From positions 16,802,001 through 16,866,000 of the forward strand of contig OY740786.1 of assembly GCA_963514005.1 (NCBI GenBank): DNA of 64,000 nucleotides, given 5' to 3'. The stretch is from Raja brachyura. Lineage: Eukaryota. Position numbers and translations under genes: made by a program. The notes under the pieces are model-generated. The model was not told where the DNA came from, searched no databases, and saw nothing but the letters and a program-made list of their open reading frames with translations. Of this stretch, positions 12,782-24,390 are shown piece after piece (position 1 is the first letter of the stretch; the number at the start of each line of letters is the position of its first letter).

Positions 12782-14055
12782 TTTCTCATGAGTAATACTT
12801 TTTTTTCCTTCTGCTAGTCTTTTAATTCCTTGCACAGCTCAAGTCGTAGGCTCCTTATGAATAAGAAAGAATGTGTTAAAAGGTTTGGAATCCCCAATCA
12901 AAACCAGTAAATGCAGTGTGTAAGCTGCATTCCCAAGATTTTTACTTTAAGGCTCCTTTGGTATCTGGTCTCTGAAGCGTGCATCACTCTCCAAGAGTGT
13001 CCAACATTAAAAACATATTGCAAAAACTCCACACACCTTGTAGTGCATGATAAAGTGGACCTCCAGGATTGAGGGTTCAGGAATGATAACCATTATCTTG
13101 GAAACTCTGAGGACAGAAGGATGTGTCACCATACAAAACCAAACCGCCAGCACAGAATTAACTTGCACGTTTGGTTTCAGAGAAACAAATCACAGAGCAT
13201 AGGAAATGATTCAGCCCATCAATCCCGTGGGGTCATATTCGAAAAAGCTACCCAATTAATCCTCTGTTCTTTCCCACAGCCTGCAAGTTCTTCTTTGTCA
13301 CTTACATATGGTTCCACTATCCTGTCTAACACAGCACATTCCAGATAATAACTTTATGTTTCTATAAATATATCTTCCTCCATTTCCTTTTACAATTATT
13401 TTAAATCTCTTTCCTCCCATTACCCTCTCTGCTACCTGTAGAATTGTTTCCAGTTTATTCCTTTTAATTTAGTTAACATGTATTCATCCAACTGATCGGC
13501 AATGTGTCATGACAATAAAGAAACAACTAGGCAAATTATAATTCAAATGTCAGAAAGAATTACACAGATAGCCATAAAGAATGAAGGTGGACTAATCACA
13601 TCTCAGGACAAAACCTGGGTGGTAACTCCGGGCTGCTTTATGGTTTCACCCAAGTGTAAATGTTTTGTTTTGGATTGAGAAGTGGTTGACATCTCTTCTG
13701 ATACAATCAGTGAGTAGCAGTGGCAGCAACATTTATTTCCTTTCCCAAGAAGGGTTGTTATGGGGAGACGGAAGAATAGAAAAGGAAAATAAAAGTTGTG
13801 TTGACAAATAGATTATAGGAACAATGATCATTTCACTTATATTTTTAGCAAATAGATCAAAAAGTTATAAATAGGAAAAGAAAGAGAAGTGTTGTTGGAA
13901 TTGTTTGAAATAGGTTATCAAATAGATTGTGGAAACAAGGAACTGCACAATAAATATCCACACAAGAAAATTAACCAGTCGTCACCAAGCAGAGTACAAG
14001 AAGAAAGGAGACAACAGACACTATAGACTTTTCACATGCATCTGGTATCCTCTTA

Positions 14056-15103
14056 CAGTGCCCTCAATAATGTTTGGGACAAAGACCCATAATTTATTTA
14101 TTTGTCCCACTACTCAACAATTTGAGATTTGCAATAGAATTTTTAATAAAGGGTATTTTTTATACATTTTGGTTTCACCATGTAGAAATTACAGCAGTGT
14201 TAATACATAGTTCCCCCCCCCCCCCCCCCTCCCCTCCCCCCCCCCCCCCCATTTCAGGGCACCATAATGTTTGGGACACAGGAATGTCATGTAAATCAAA
14301 GTAGTCATGTTTAGTATTTTGTTGCATATCATTTGCTTGCAATGATTGCCTGAAGTCTGCGATTCAGGGACCGCCAGTTGCTGGGTGTCTTCTCTGCTGA
14401 TGCTCTGCCAGGTCTGTATTGCAGCCTTATGTTTGTTTTGGGGACTAGTCTTCTTCAGTTTTCTCTTCAGCATATAAAAGGCATGGCTCAATTGGGTTCA
14501 GATAGGGTGATTGACTAGGCCACTCAAGAATTGACCATTTTTTAGCTTTGAAAAACTTCTTTGTTGCTTTAGCAGTGTGTTTGGGATCATTGTCTTGCTG
14601 TACAATGAACCGCTGGCTAATGAGTTTTGAGGCATTTGTTTGAACTTCAGCAGATAGGATGTGTCTATACACTTCAGAATTAATTATGCTATGACCAGCA
14701 TAATGACTTTAATTGGCACAACTTTGGTCTTCATGTTGATAAACCGCAATAACAGTTTCCAAAGCTGATGGAAAGATTGGAGGAAAGACTAGGTGCTGAG
14801 AGCTCTCTTATACCTGCATTAAGGAGGCATTTAAACACACCTGAGCAATTACAAACGCCTGTGAAGCCATGTGTCCCAAACATTATGGTGCCCTGAAAGG
14901 GGAGGGGGGGGTGAAATTATGTATAAACACAGCTGCAATTTCTACATGGTGAAACCAAAATGTATAAAATTACCCTTATATAAAATCTGGCTATGTGGAC
15001 TTTAACCACATGTGATTCTTTCGATTACAAATCTCAAATTGTGGAGTACAGAGGAAAATAAATAACTGACGAGTCTTTGTCCCAAACATTATGGAGGGCA
15101 CTG
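14056..15103 (-). mobile_element. Tc1-like DNA transposon, internally deleted
   Basis: TA-flanked TIRs CAGTGCCCTC..ATAATGTTTGGGACAAAGAC with inner direct repeats; transposase remnant QQDNDPKHTAK...WPSQSPYLNPIE. Confidence 0.93.
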
Positions 15104-15209
15104 TACATAACACTGGTAACTTGGCCAAAGATGTACCTAGTGGAGTAAATATTTAATTGCATTGTTTGAGAGATAAACAGAACACGCAACAGGATATAGA
15201 CAATAGGTG

Positions 15210-15660
15210 CAGGCCTGCCGACTAACACCGTGGAGCTGTGGTTTGTGGCGCTTCCAGCCGCGGGTGGCGCTGACGCTAACATCACGGAGCCTGGGATCTT
15301 TTGCCGAGGATCGCCAGTGTTGGAGCTCCGTCCGGCTCAGCTTGTAGACTTCCTAAGCCGCGGTCTCTGGTCGGTAGCGGCCGATTTGGAAACTCCAAAT
15401 CGCTGAGAGCGTTCTCCCGTTCCAATGTTAGAGTTTCACCATCCCGGCGAGAGGGCCTGAAACATCGGGCCGCCGTTGCGGCGACTGCGGATGCCTCAAT
15501 AGGCCCTGACCACGGGTGAACACGAGGAAGTGGACTGAACTTTATTACCTTCCCTCACAGTGGGAAACATTGATTCCGCTGTGGGGGATGTTTTATGTTA
15601 AATTCTATAGTGGTGCGTTTATCTTATTTGTGTGATGCATGGTAACTCAAATTTCACTGC
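15210..15660 (+). mobile_element. Unclassified GC-rich interspersed repeat, possibly a LINE 3' UTR
   Basis: CpG-rich block ending in a T-rich 3'UTR-like sequence; no coding motif recognised. Confidence 0.3.
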
Positions 15661-16505
15661 AGAATGAATAAGTTTATTAGCCAAGTATTCACATACAAGG
15701 AATTTGCCTTGGTGCTTCGCCCACAAGTGACAACATGACATACAGTGACAGTTACGAATGACATAAAAAACACTCAACATTAATAATAAAAAACCATTGA
15801 TCAAACATGTGAACCAAACAAAATACCAAAGCAAAAGGAGGCTACAGATTTTTGGCTATTGAGTAGAGCTACTACTTGTGGAAAAAAAGCTGTTCGGACG
15901 ATTCGCTGCAGCCTCCAGGTGTCATGCTTGGTGGCTGAGCCAAACCAGACCATGAGGGAGAAGGTGAGAACAGACTCTACAATGACCGTGTAGAATTGGA
16001 CCATCATTGCCTGTGGCAGATTGTGCTTCCTCAACTGCCGTAGGAAGTACATCCTCCGTTGTGCCTTTTTGACTGTGGGGTCAATGGTAATCCCCCACTT
16101 AAGGTCCTTGGAGATGATGGTTCCTAGGAACTTAAAAGACTCCACAGATGTGACTGGTGTTGTTGATGGTGAATGGGGTGAGGGGAGGGGGAGCTCTCCT
16201 AAAGTCTACAATCAATTTTACTGTCTTAAGAGCATTGACCTCCAGGTTTTTAGGAAGGCACCAGGACACCAGCTGTGTCACTTCCTGTCTGTAGGCAGAT
16301 TCCTCCCTATCCTGGATCAGTCCAATCAGGGTTGTGTCGTCCACAAACTTGAGAAGCTTGACAGAGGACTCTGTGGAGGTGCAGTCATTGGTGTAGAGAG
16401 AGTAGAGGAGTGGGAAGAGTACGCAGCCTTGTGGTGCTCCTATGCTGAGCGTTTGCAGGTCCGAGATGTGTTTTCCCAGCCTCACATGCTGCTTCCTGTC
16501 TGTCA
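15661..16505 (-). mobile_element. Rex1/Babar-like LINE 3' part (RT pseudogene)
   Basis: GAPQGCVL..KFVDDTTLIGL; FKFLGTIISKDLKW..KKAQRRMYFLRQLRK, with frameshift and deletion. Confidence 0.85.
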
Positions 16506-16562
16506 GGACAGCTGTTGGGAACAGCTACAATGGAGATTTTAAAAGCACAGAGGCATTTTAGA

Positions 16563-17265
16563 ACGTGTAGGAAGAAACTGCAGATGCTGGTTTACACTGA
16601 AGATAGACACAAAATAAACACAACTATGTTCGAAACACTACACTTAGAAGATATGAGACTCCGACTAGCAGGAAAATCAGACTGTTTCTATAAGACGTGG
16701 TCTGCATGTATAAATCTATTACAAGGATAAGGTGCAAGAATACCTCAAAAAAGTACCGGTGTCGGGGCTTGGTAAAGGGGGAAGAAAAACTGGCGAGTTG
16801 GTAGATTCCTTTTACGAGATGTTTATAATAAAGTAACTGGCTTTTCTTCTTTCTTTCTCTATCTTTCCCTTTTTCTTTTTTTTTCCTCTCCAGGGTCTCT
16901 CGCTTAATCTCCGGTCTCTAACTCTTCAAGGGTTTCCTTTCCCTCTGTCACGCTTTTGCACTTTCACATCTCGTTTTCACTTTTCTACTTTCTTTGCTGG
17001 TATTTCTCTCTCTTTTCTCAAGCCTTATAAAAAATTAAGGGTACAATGACTGTAATACAATATAAGGGATGTTCACTGATGTAACTTGCGGTACCTCTAA
17101 TAAATAAAGATATAAAAATGTTTTTTAAGAAAGATAGGCACAAAAAGCTGGAGTAACTCAATGGGTCAGGCAGCATCTCTTGAGAAAAGGAATAGGTGAT
17201 GTTTCGGGTCGAGACCCTTCTTCAGACTGGTCACCTATCCCTTTTCTCCAGAGGCGCTGCCTGAT
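16563..17265. mobile_element. Penelope-type terminal repeat (-) with intact-looking hammerhead core at ~17196-17226, split by an L1 insertion
   Basis: Reverse complement CAGTCTGAAGAAGGGTCTCGACCCGAAACATCACC; short plus-strand arm from GTCACC at ~17230. Confidence 0.7.
16615..17130 (+). mobile_element. 5'-truncated L1/Tx1-clade LINE with 15-bp TSD
   Basis: ORF2 C-terminus-like TLHLEDMRLRL..FYKTWSACI, pyrimidine-rich 3'UTR, AATAAA and A-rich tail; TSD AAGATAG(A/G)CACAAAA at 16600-16614 and 17131-17145. Confidence 0.75.
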
Positions 17266-17891
17266 CCAAGGTGTTTTAGAAGTTTTACACCTCTGTTGGA
17301 ACTTGGAAAGGGTGTCATCCTCTGGTTTATCATGCAAGGGAAGCTTGGTGTTTGACAAATCTGTTAAGGGAAAACTGGGAGTTGAGCAGCATTAGCAAAT
17401 CCATACAATACATAATTTTTAATTTTATCTGTACAAAATATCTATAAACAGAACCATATGTACAACGGGATGAAATAAAAACATACAACATACTGGGAAA
17501 ATCAGGTTGGTTCAGGACCCCAAGAAAGAGAGTTTGTTGAGTACCTCCGAGATGGATTCTTAGAGTAGCTTGTAATGGAGCCGCCTAGAGAAAAGGCAAT
17601 TCTGGATTTAGTGTTGTCCAATGAACCAGATTTGATAAGAGAACTAGAGGTAAAGGAACCGCTTGGAGGTAGTGATCATAATATAATTTTACTTCGGAGT
17701 CACATGAGTGACAATGTGACGTGAAGACCCCGCCAGCATGCGTGCGCGATTTATCGTCGAACGCATTGCGAAGCGACAGGCAGGAGGAGCGCCGCTCCTT
17801 CAGCGTAAGTTTAAAAACGGCCCGCAGGTAAGTATTTACCAGTCTGATGTCGTTTGTTGGCTCTGTGTGCTGTTGTTTTTCAGAGCGCACC

Positions 17892-19105
17892 ATGGAGTCC
17901 AAAAAGTCAAGAAGAGCCACTGCTAAAATTGCTGCTGAGGAAGGAGGCAGCCAGCAGTGTCCGAGTTCTCCTGAGCTGCTGGTTCAAACCGCAGCCCCTG
18001 ACTTCACGCCGCTACAGGCCACAGGTGCACCTGGGACTGGCGGCTAAAACCACCCGGAAGTCGGGCAGGTCCGCTGACTCGGCTGAGTCCGGACCGGAGG
18101 ACACCCCGCTCGCGGTAAGCGACGGCAGTCGACTGTCCCACATGGAGCGGATGGGTGAGCAATTGCTCCAACGTGACCAGCTACAGCAGGGGCAGAGTCA
18201 CAGTGGGTCTCCTAGCAGACCCACGGCAGCATCGTTTTCAGGACTGCCAAATGTCTCACCCTCTTCGCAGGGGAGCATTAGGAGTCAAAACTGGGCTGAC
18301 TCTGAAGATGGGGACATGGCTGAAGATACGACAATGCTAGGGGTGCCAGAAGAGGAGCTTTTGGGTATGGTCACTAAGTTTGCATTGCCTACCCAAAAAG
18401 GGCTGCCATTACATCCTAAGTTGGCAGCCAGTATAAATTACATGGCGACAAACCAACTACAAGAGCAAGCCATCAATGATACGGCAGCAAAGTACCTAGC
18501 TCCGGAGAATTGCATCTCCCTCAATGTGCCGGCTGTTAACAACCCCATTAAATGGGTAACATGAGCCCTGGGATAAGGAGCCAAGAAGTCAAACTCCAAA
18601 AGATCCTTAAACTGCTGGCTGCTGGGATACGGCCGTTGCCAGAACAGTGGATGGAGTTGATATGCCAGAGGAGCTGCAGAATGCGCCAGCTCTCTTATGT
18701 AACACTCAATATGAGATCAACAGTTACAGGAAGAGCATCATCCGGCCAGCACTCAACCCCAAGTTCGCGGGGTTGTGCAGACCCAGCAGTGCACAGCCGC
18801 CAACACTGCCGAAACAGGTCAAAGACCTCGACGAGGAGGCAAAAGCAATTGGCATGATTAAGGTGCCGGCTGCCACCAAGTCCCCATACCAGCGGCGGCA
18901 GCACCCCTATGCATCCACCAGTAGACAACACTACGGCAATAGACCACCTGCTGGTGAAAGCCCGAAGGCCGGACAACCTGCTCAACGGTCTTTTTTAGAC
19001 CATGGCCCAGCACGGCCTTCTTGGAAGATGCACCAACCCCACACCACTGCTCCTCCACACCACAAGAAACAAGGACAGAGGCAATCAACGCAGCACCGCC
19101 GGTAA
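17892..19105 (+). pseudogene. DIRS ORF1 (gag-like), frameshifted
   Basis: Kozak gcaccATGG at 17892; overlapping ORFs 17847-18047, 17854-18564, 18552-18857, 18647-19105 (KYLAPENC..VPAVN; RKSIIRPALNPKF). Confidence 0.75.
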
Positions 19106-19116
19106 CCATGAGGTAG

Positions 19117-22100
19117 GTGGGTCTGGTTGCCGCATGTTTAGACTTCTCACGGGTTGGTGGACGGTTGCACTTTTTTCGGGATGCATGGAGCACTTTAACT
19201 TCTGATCCTTTCATACTGGAAAGTATTCAGGGATATAAAATTGAATTTGTTCACAAACTCCGTTCCCCTGTTCAGCATATACCTAGTCGGAAGTTTGTAC
19301 TTTCACAGAAAGAAAAGACAGACGGTCATGCTGAACTCTTAAGACTAAATTCAAAAGGGGTAATTGAGAAAACCAAAAGAGAGTTTCATGAGTTTGTATC
19401 GATCATTTTCACTAAAAATAAAAAAGACGGCGGATGCCACATCATCATAGAGTTGACTGAACAGAATACTTTTGTGCAGTATGCACATTTCAAAGTGGAA
19501 ACTTTTGTCATGGCCAAACAACTAATTTCTAATAGGTACTTCATGGCTTGCATCGATCTAAAGGATGCATACTATTCAGTACCTTTCAAGGATCATCGCA
19601 GATAGAAACATAGAAAATAGGTGCAGGAGTAGGCCATTCGGCCCTTCGAGCCTGCACCGCCATTCAATGTGATCATGGCTGATCATCCAACTCAGTATCC
19701 CGTACCTGCCTTCTCTCCATACCCCCTGATCCCTTTAGCCACAAGTGCCACATCTAACGCCCTCTTAAATATAGCCAATGAACTGGCCTCAACTACCTTC
19801 TGTGGCAGAGAATTCCAGAGACTCACCACTCTCTGTGTAAAGAATGTTTTTCCTCATTTCGGTCCTAAAGGAATTCCCCCTTATCCTTAGACTGTGACCC
19901 CTTGTTCTGGACTCCCCCAACATCGGGAACAATCTTCCAGCATCTAGCTTGTCCAACCCCTTAAGAATTTTGTAAGTTTCTATAAGATCCCCCCTCAATC
20001 TTCTAAATTCCAGCGAGTACAAGCCGAGTCTATCCAATCTTTCCTCATATGAAAGTCCTGACATCCCAGGAATCAGTCTGGTGAATCTTCTCTGTACCCC
20101 CTCTATGGCAAGGATGTCTTTCCTCAGATTTGGAGACCAAAACTGTACGCAATACTCCAGGTGTGCCCTCACCAAAACCCTGTACAACTGTAGTAGAACC
20201 TCCCTGCTCCTATACTCAAATCCTTTCGCTATGAATGCTAACATACCATTTGCTTTCTTCACTGCCTGCTGCACCTGCATGCCTACTTTCAATGACTGGT
20301 GTACCATGACACCCAGGTCTCGTTGCATCTCCCCCTTTCCTAATCTGCCACCATTCAGATAATAGTCTACCCTCATGTTTTTGCCACCAAAGTGGATAAC
20401 CTCACATTTATCCACATTATACTGCATCTGCCAGGCATCTGCCCATTCACTCAGCCTATCCAAATCACCCTGAAGCCTCCAAGCATCCTCCTCACACCTA
20501 ACTATACCCCCCAGCTTGGTATCATCTGCAAATTTGGAGATGTTGCATTGAATTCCCTCGTCCAAATCATTAATATATATTGTAAATAGCTGGGGTCCCA
20601 GCACTGAGCCTTGCGGCACCCCACTAGTCACTGCCTGCCATTCTGAAAAGGACCCGTTTACTCCTACTCTTTGCCTCCTGTCTGCTAGCCAGTTCTCTAT
20701 CCACATCAATACTGAACCCCCAATACCGTTTGCTTTAAGTTTGTATGCTAATCTCTTATGCGGGACCTTGTCGAAAGCCTTCTGAAAGTCTAGATATAAC
20801 ACATCCACTGGTTCTCCCTTATCCACTCTACTAGTTACATCCTCGAAAAACTCTATCAGATTTGTCAGACATGATTTACCTTTCGTAAATCCATGCTGAC
20901 TTTGTCCAATGATTTCACCACTTTCCAAATGCGCTGCTATCCCATCTTTAATAACTGACTCTAGCAGTTTCCCCACTACCGATGTTAGACTAACTGGTCT
21001 GTAATTCCCCGCTTTCTCTCTCTCCCTCCTTTTTTAAAAAGTGGGGTTACATTAGCTACCCTCCAATCCTCAGGAACTACTCCAGAATCTAAGGAATTTT
21101 GAAAAATTATCACTAATGCATCCACTATTTCTGTGGCTACCTGCTTGAGTACTCTGGGATGCAGACTATCTGGCCCTGGGGATTTATCGGCCTTCAATCC
21201 GTTCAATTTACCCAACACCACCTCCCGGCTAACCTGGATCTCACTCAGTTCCTCCATCTTATTTGACCCCCGTTCCACTGCTATTTCCGGCAGATTATTT
21301 ATGTCTTCCTTAGTGAAGACAGAACCAAAGTAGTAATTCAATTGGTCTGCCATGTCCTTGTTCCCCATGATCAATTCACCTGTTTCTGACTGCAAGGGAC
21401 CAACATTTGTTTTAACTAGTCTCTTTCTCTTCACATATCTATAAAAACATTTGCAGTCAGTTTTTATGTTTCCTGCCAGTTTCCTTTCATAATCTATTTT
21501 CCCTTTGCTAATTAAGCCCTTTGTCCTCCTCTGCTGGATTCTGAATTTCTCCCAGTCCTCCGGTAGGCTGCTTTTTCTGGCAAATTTGTATGCCTCATCT
21601 TTTGTTTTTATACTATCCCTGATTTCCCTTGTTATCCATGGATGCACCACCTTCCCCGATTTATTCTTTTGCCAAACTGGTATGAACAACTTTTGTACTT
21701 CATCCATGCAGTCTTTAAATACCTTCCATTGCACATCCACTGTCAACCCTTTAAGAATCACCTGCCAGTCTATCTTGGCCAATTCACATCTCATACCTTC
21801 AAAGTTACCTTTGTTCTAGTTCAGAACCCTTGTTTCTGACTTAATTTTGTCACTCTCCATCCTAATGAAGAACTCAACCATATTATGGTCACTCTTGCCC
21901 AAGGGGCCACGCACAACAAGACTGCTAACTAACCCTTCCTCATTACTCAATACCCAGTCTAGAATAGCCTGCTCTCTCGTTGGTTCCTCCACATGTTGGT
22001 TGAGAAAACTATCCCGCATACATTCCAGGAAATCCTCTTCCTCAGCACCCCTGCCAATTTGATTCACCCAATCTACATGCAGATTGAAGTCACCCATTAT

Positions 22101-23620
22101 AACTGTGTTACCCTTGTTGCACGCATTTCTAATTTCCTGTTTGATGCCATCCCCAACTCCAATACTACTGTTAGGTGGGCTGTACACAGCTCCCACTAGC
22201 GTTTTCTGCCCCTTAGAGTTTCGCAGCTCTACCCATATCGATATTTGAAATTTGTCTGGATGGGGCAGCTCTGGCAGTACAAAGCACTACCTAATGGATT
22301 GTCATCAGCGCCCAGACTGTTTACGAAATTATTAAAACCAGCTTTAGCGTGTCTCAGGAAACAAAAACATATTGTTATGGCTTACCGCGATGATATTTTA
22401 ATCGTGAGAAAAACTTTGGAATTGGCCAAACTGGCCGTCTCAGCCACCGAGCACCTATTTCAAAAGCTGGGATTTGTCATTCATCCAGATAAATCAAAAT
22501 TGTTGCCTTCTACTACAATGGACTATTTGGGTTTCACAATTGATTCTGTTCATATGTCTGTCACTTTGCCACCAAACAAAGCATCAGACTTGATAGAAGC
22601 ATGCAACAGCCTTAGCAACACCAAACATGCATCAGGAAACCATCTATTCGGCAAGTAGCCAGAGTGATTGGGAAGTTAGTGGCTGCTTTTCCAGCCACAC
22701 AATTTGGCTCACTACATTACCAAAACCTACAAAGGGCAAAAATAGCAGCACTCAAGCATCATGCGGGCCATTTTGACAGGCCAATGCACTTACCAGGGAA
22801 AGCAAAATTAGAATTACAATGGTGGATAGACAATGCACGACATTGCTCTAACCCCATCACTATTATAAATCCCTAGGTTATACTACAAACTGATGCCAGC
22901 GCAAAAGATTGTGGAGCAACTAATACCACCTCCAGTTGTGGTGGTAGATGGAGTGCACATGAATTAACTCTACTTCCGGCACTAGGAATTAATTATCTAG
23001 AAATGCTGGGAGCATTTCATGGACTCCGGGCTTACTGTTCGGACAAGCATCATCTGCACGTACGTTTACAGATTGACAATACCACTGTGGTGGCGTATAT
23101 CAATCATATGGGTGGAATAAAGTCGATATCCTGTGACAAATTGGTCAATACAATCTGGCACTGGTGCCTAGAAAGGAACATTTGGATATCAGCCACTTAC
23201 CTTCCAGGTAGGCTAAATACAGTGGCGGACACCGGGTCATGGAAATTTAATGACAACACTGAATGGATGTTGTGCCGAAAAGTGTTTGCCGACATTGTAG
23301 ATCGGTATGGAACACCAGATATTGACCTTTTTGCATGGAGACTCAATCACCAAATATCAACATATGTTGCATGGGAACCAGACCCTGGGGCAGTAGCGAT
23401 GGACGCTTTCTCGCTACGCTGGGGGGATTTGTTTTTCTATGCATTTCCCCGTTTCTGCCTCATCAGTCGGGTCTTGCAAAAAAATTAAACTAGACTCCGC
23501 ATCGGGTATTCTGGTTGTTCCCGACTGGCCTACTCAACCATGGTTCCCTGCGGTACTAGACATGGCCACAGAACCTTGCATCCCAATAAATAAACGTCCG
23601 AGTCTATGGTACACTTTGTG
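19117..23620 (+). pseudogene. DIRS pol: RT - RNase H - methyltransferase-like, interrupted by CR1 at 19605-22239
   Basis: VGGRLHFF..W; IDLKDAYYSV; LPNGLSSAPRLFTK; YRDD; TDAS; IDNTTVVAYINHMGG; IDLFA..DAF..W..YAFP. Confidence 0.9.
19605..22239 (-). mobile_element. Young CR1 LINE, 5'-truncated, inserted in DIRS RT
   Basis: ORFs 21816-22196, 20985-21794, 19789-20976 (EN end, RT); ATAGAAAC tail; GATA duplicated at 19601-19604 and 22240-22243. Confidence 0.95.
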
Positions 23621-23663
23621 ACAGGGGAGAGTCACCCGTGCCATGACCGGATAAACGTGTTGG

Positions 23664-24390
23664 TTGCAGGATTTGAAAAGGCCACTTCTGGATTATGGAC
23701 TCTCCGACCAAACAATCAATGTCATCACAGCATGGAGGGAGTCCACCAGAAGACAACACCTCACTTACGTGAAGAAATGGGAGGTGTTCTGCTCAAAAAC
23801 GAACACCACATATCGGAAGTGCTGGAGTTCCTGGCAAGCCTTCATTTCGATGAGGGTTTGAGCTATAATGCCATCAACTGTGCCAGGAGTGCCCTATCCA
23901 ACTATTTTGGATGAGGTTGCGATCACCTTGCCGTGGGATCTCACCCTTTGGAATCAAAATTAATGAGGGGAATATTTAATTCAAATCCCCCCAGGCCCAG
24001 ATATTCCCAGACTTTCATTGGGTCTTTCATTGGATAAACTGACCTACAAAATGGTCATGCTGATGGCACTCATAACGGCACAATGGGTCCAGTCCCTACA
24101 TAAGCTAAGTATGGACGCCATGAACATATCCAATAGCAAGGTAACTTTCTTTATACAGGGGTTACTCAAGCAAGACAGGCCTGGATCATCTGGCCAAAAA
24201 TTGGATTTCCTGGCCTATCCAGTAGATTGCCGTCTATGTATCGTGACCCACATTTTACACTACATCGAGGTCACTAAAAGTCTCAGGGGCACGGAGAGAG
24301 CTTTGCTCATTAGCCACAAACGCCCTAATCATAGAGTCACAGTGCAAACCATTTCCAGATGGTTAAGGGTGGTATTGGGTGCAGCGGGGG
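23664..24390 (+). pseudogene. DIRS tyrosine recombinase, C-terminally deleted
   Basis: VLEFLASL..GLSYNAINCARSALS; LTYKMVMLMAL; LKQDRPG; LCIV; TISRWLRVVLGAAG; HSTR motif absent in this copy. Confidence 0.85.

Noticed and set aside
20081-22199. Several plus-strand ORFs
   Set aside because: Antisense shadows of CR1 ORF2
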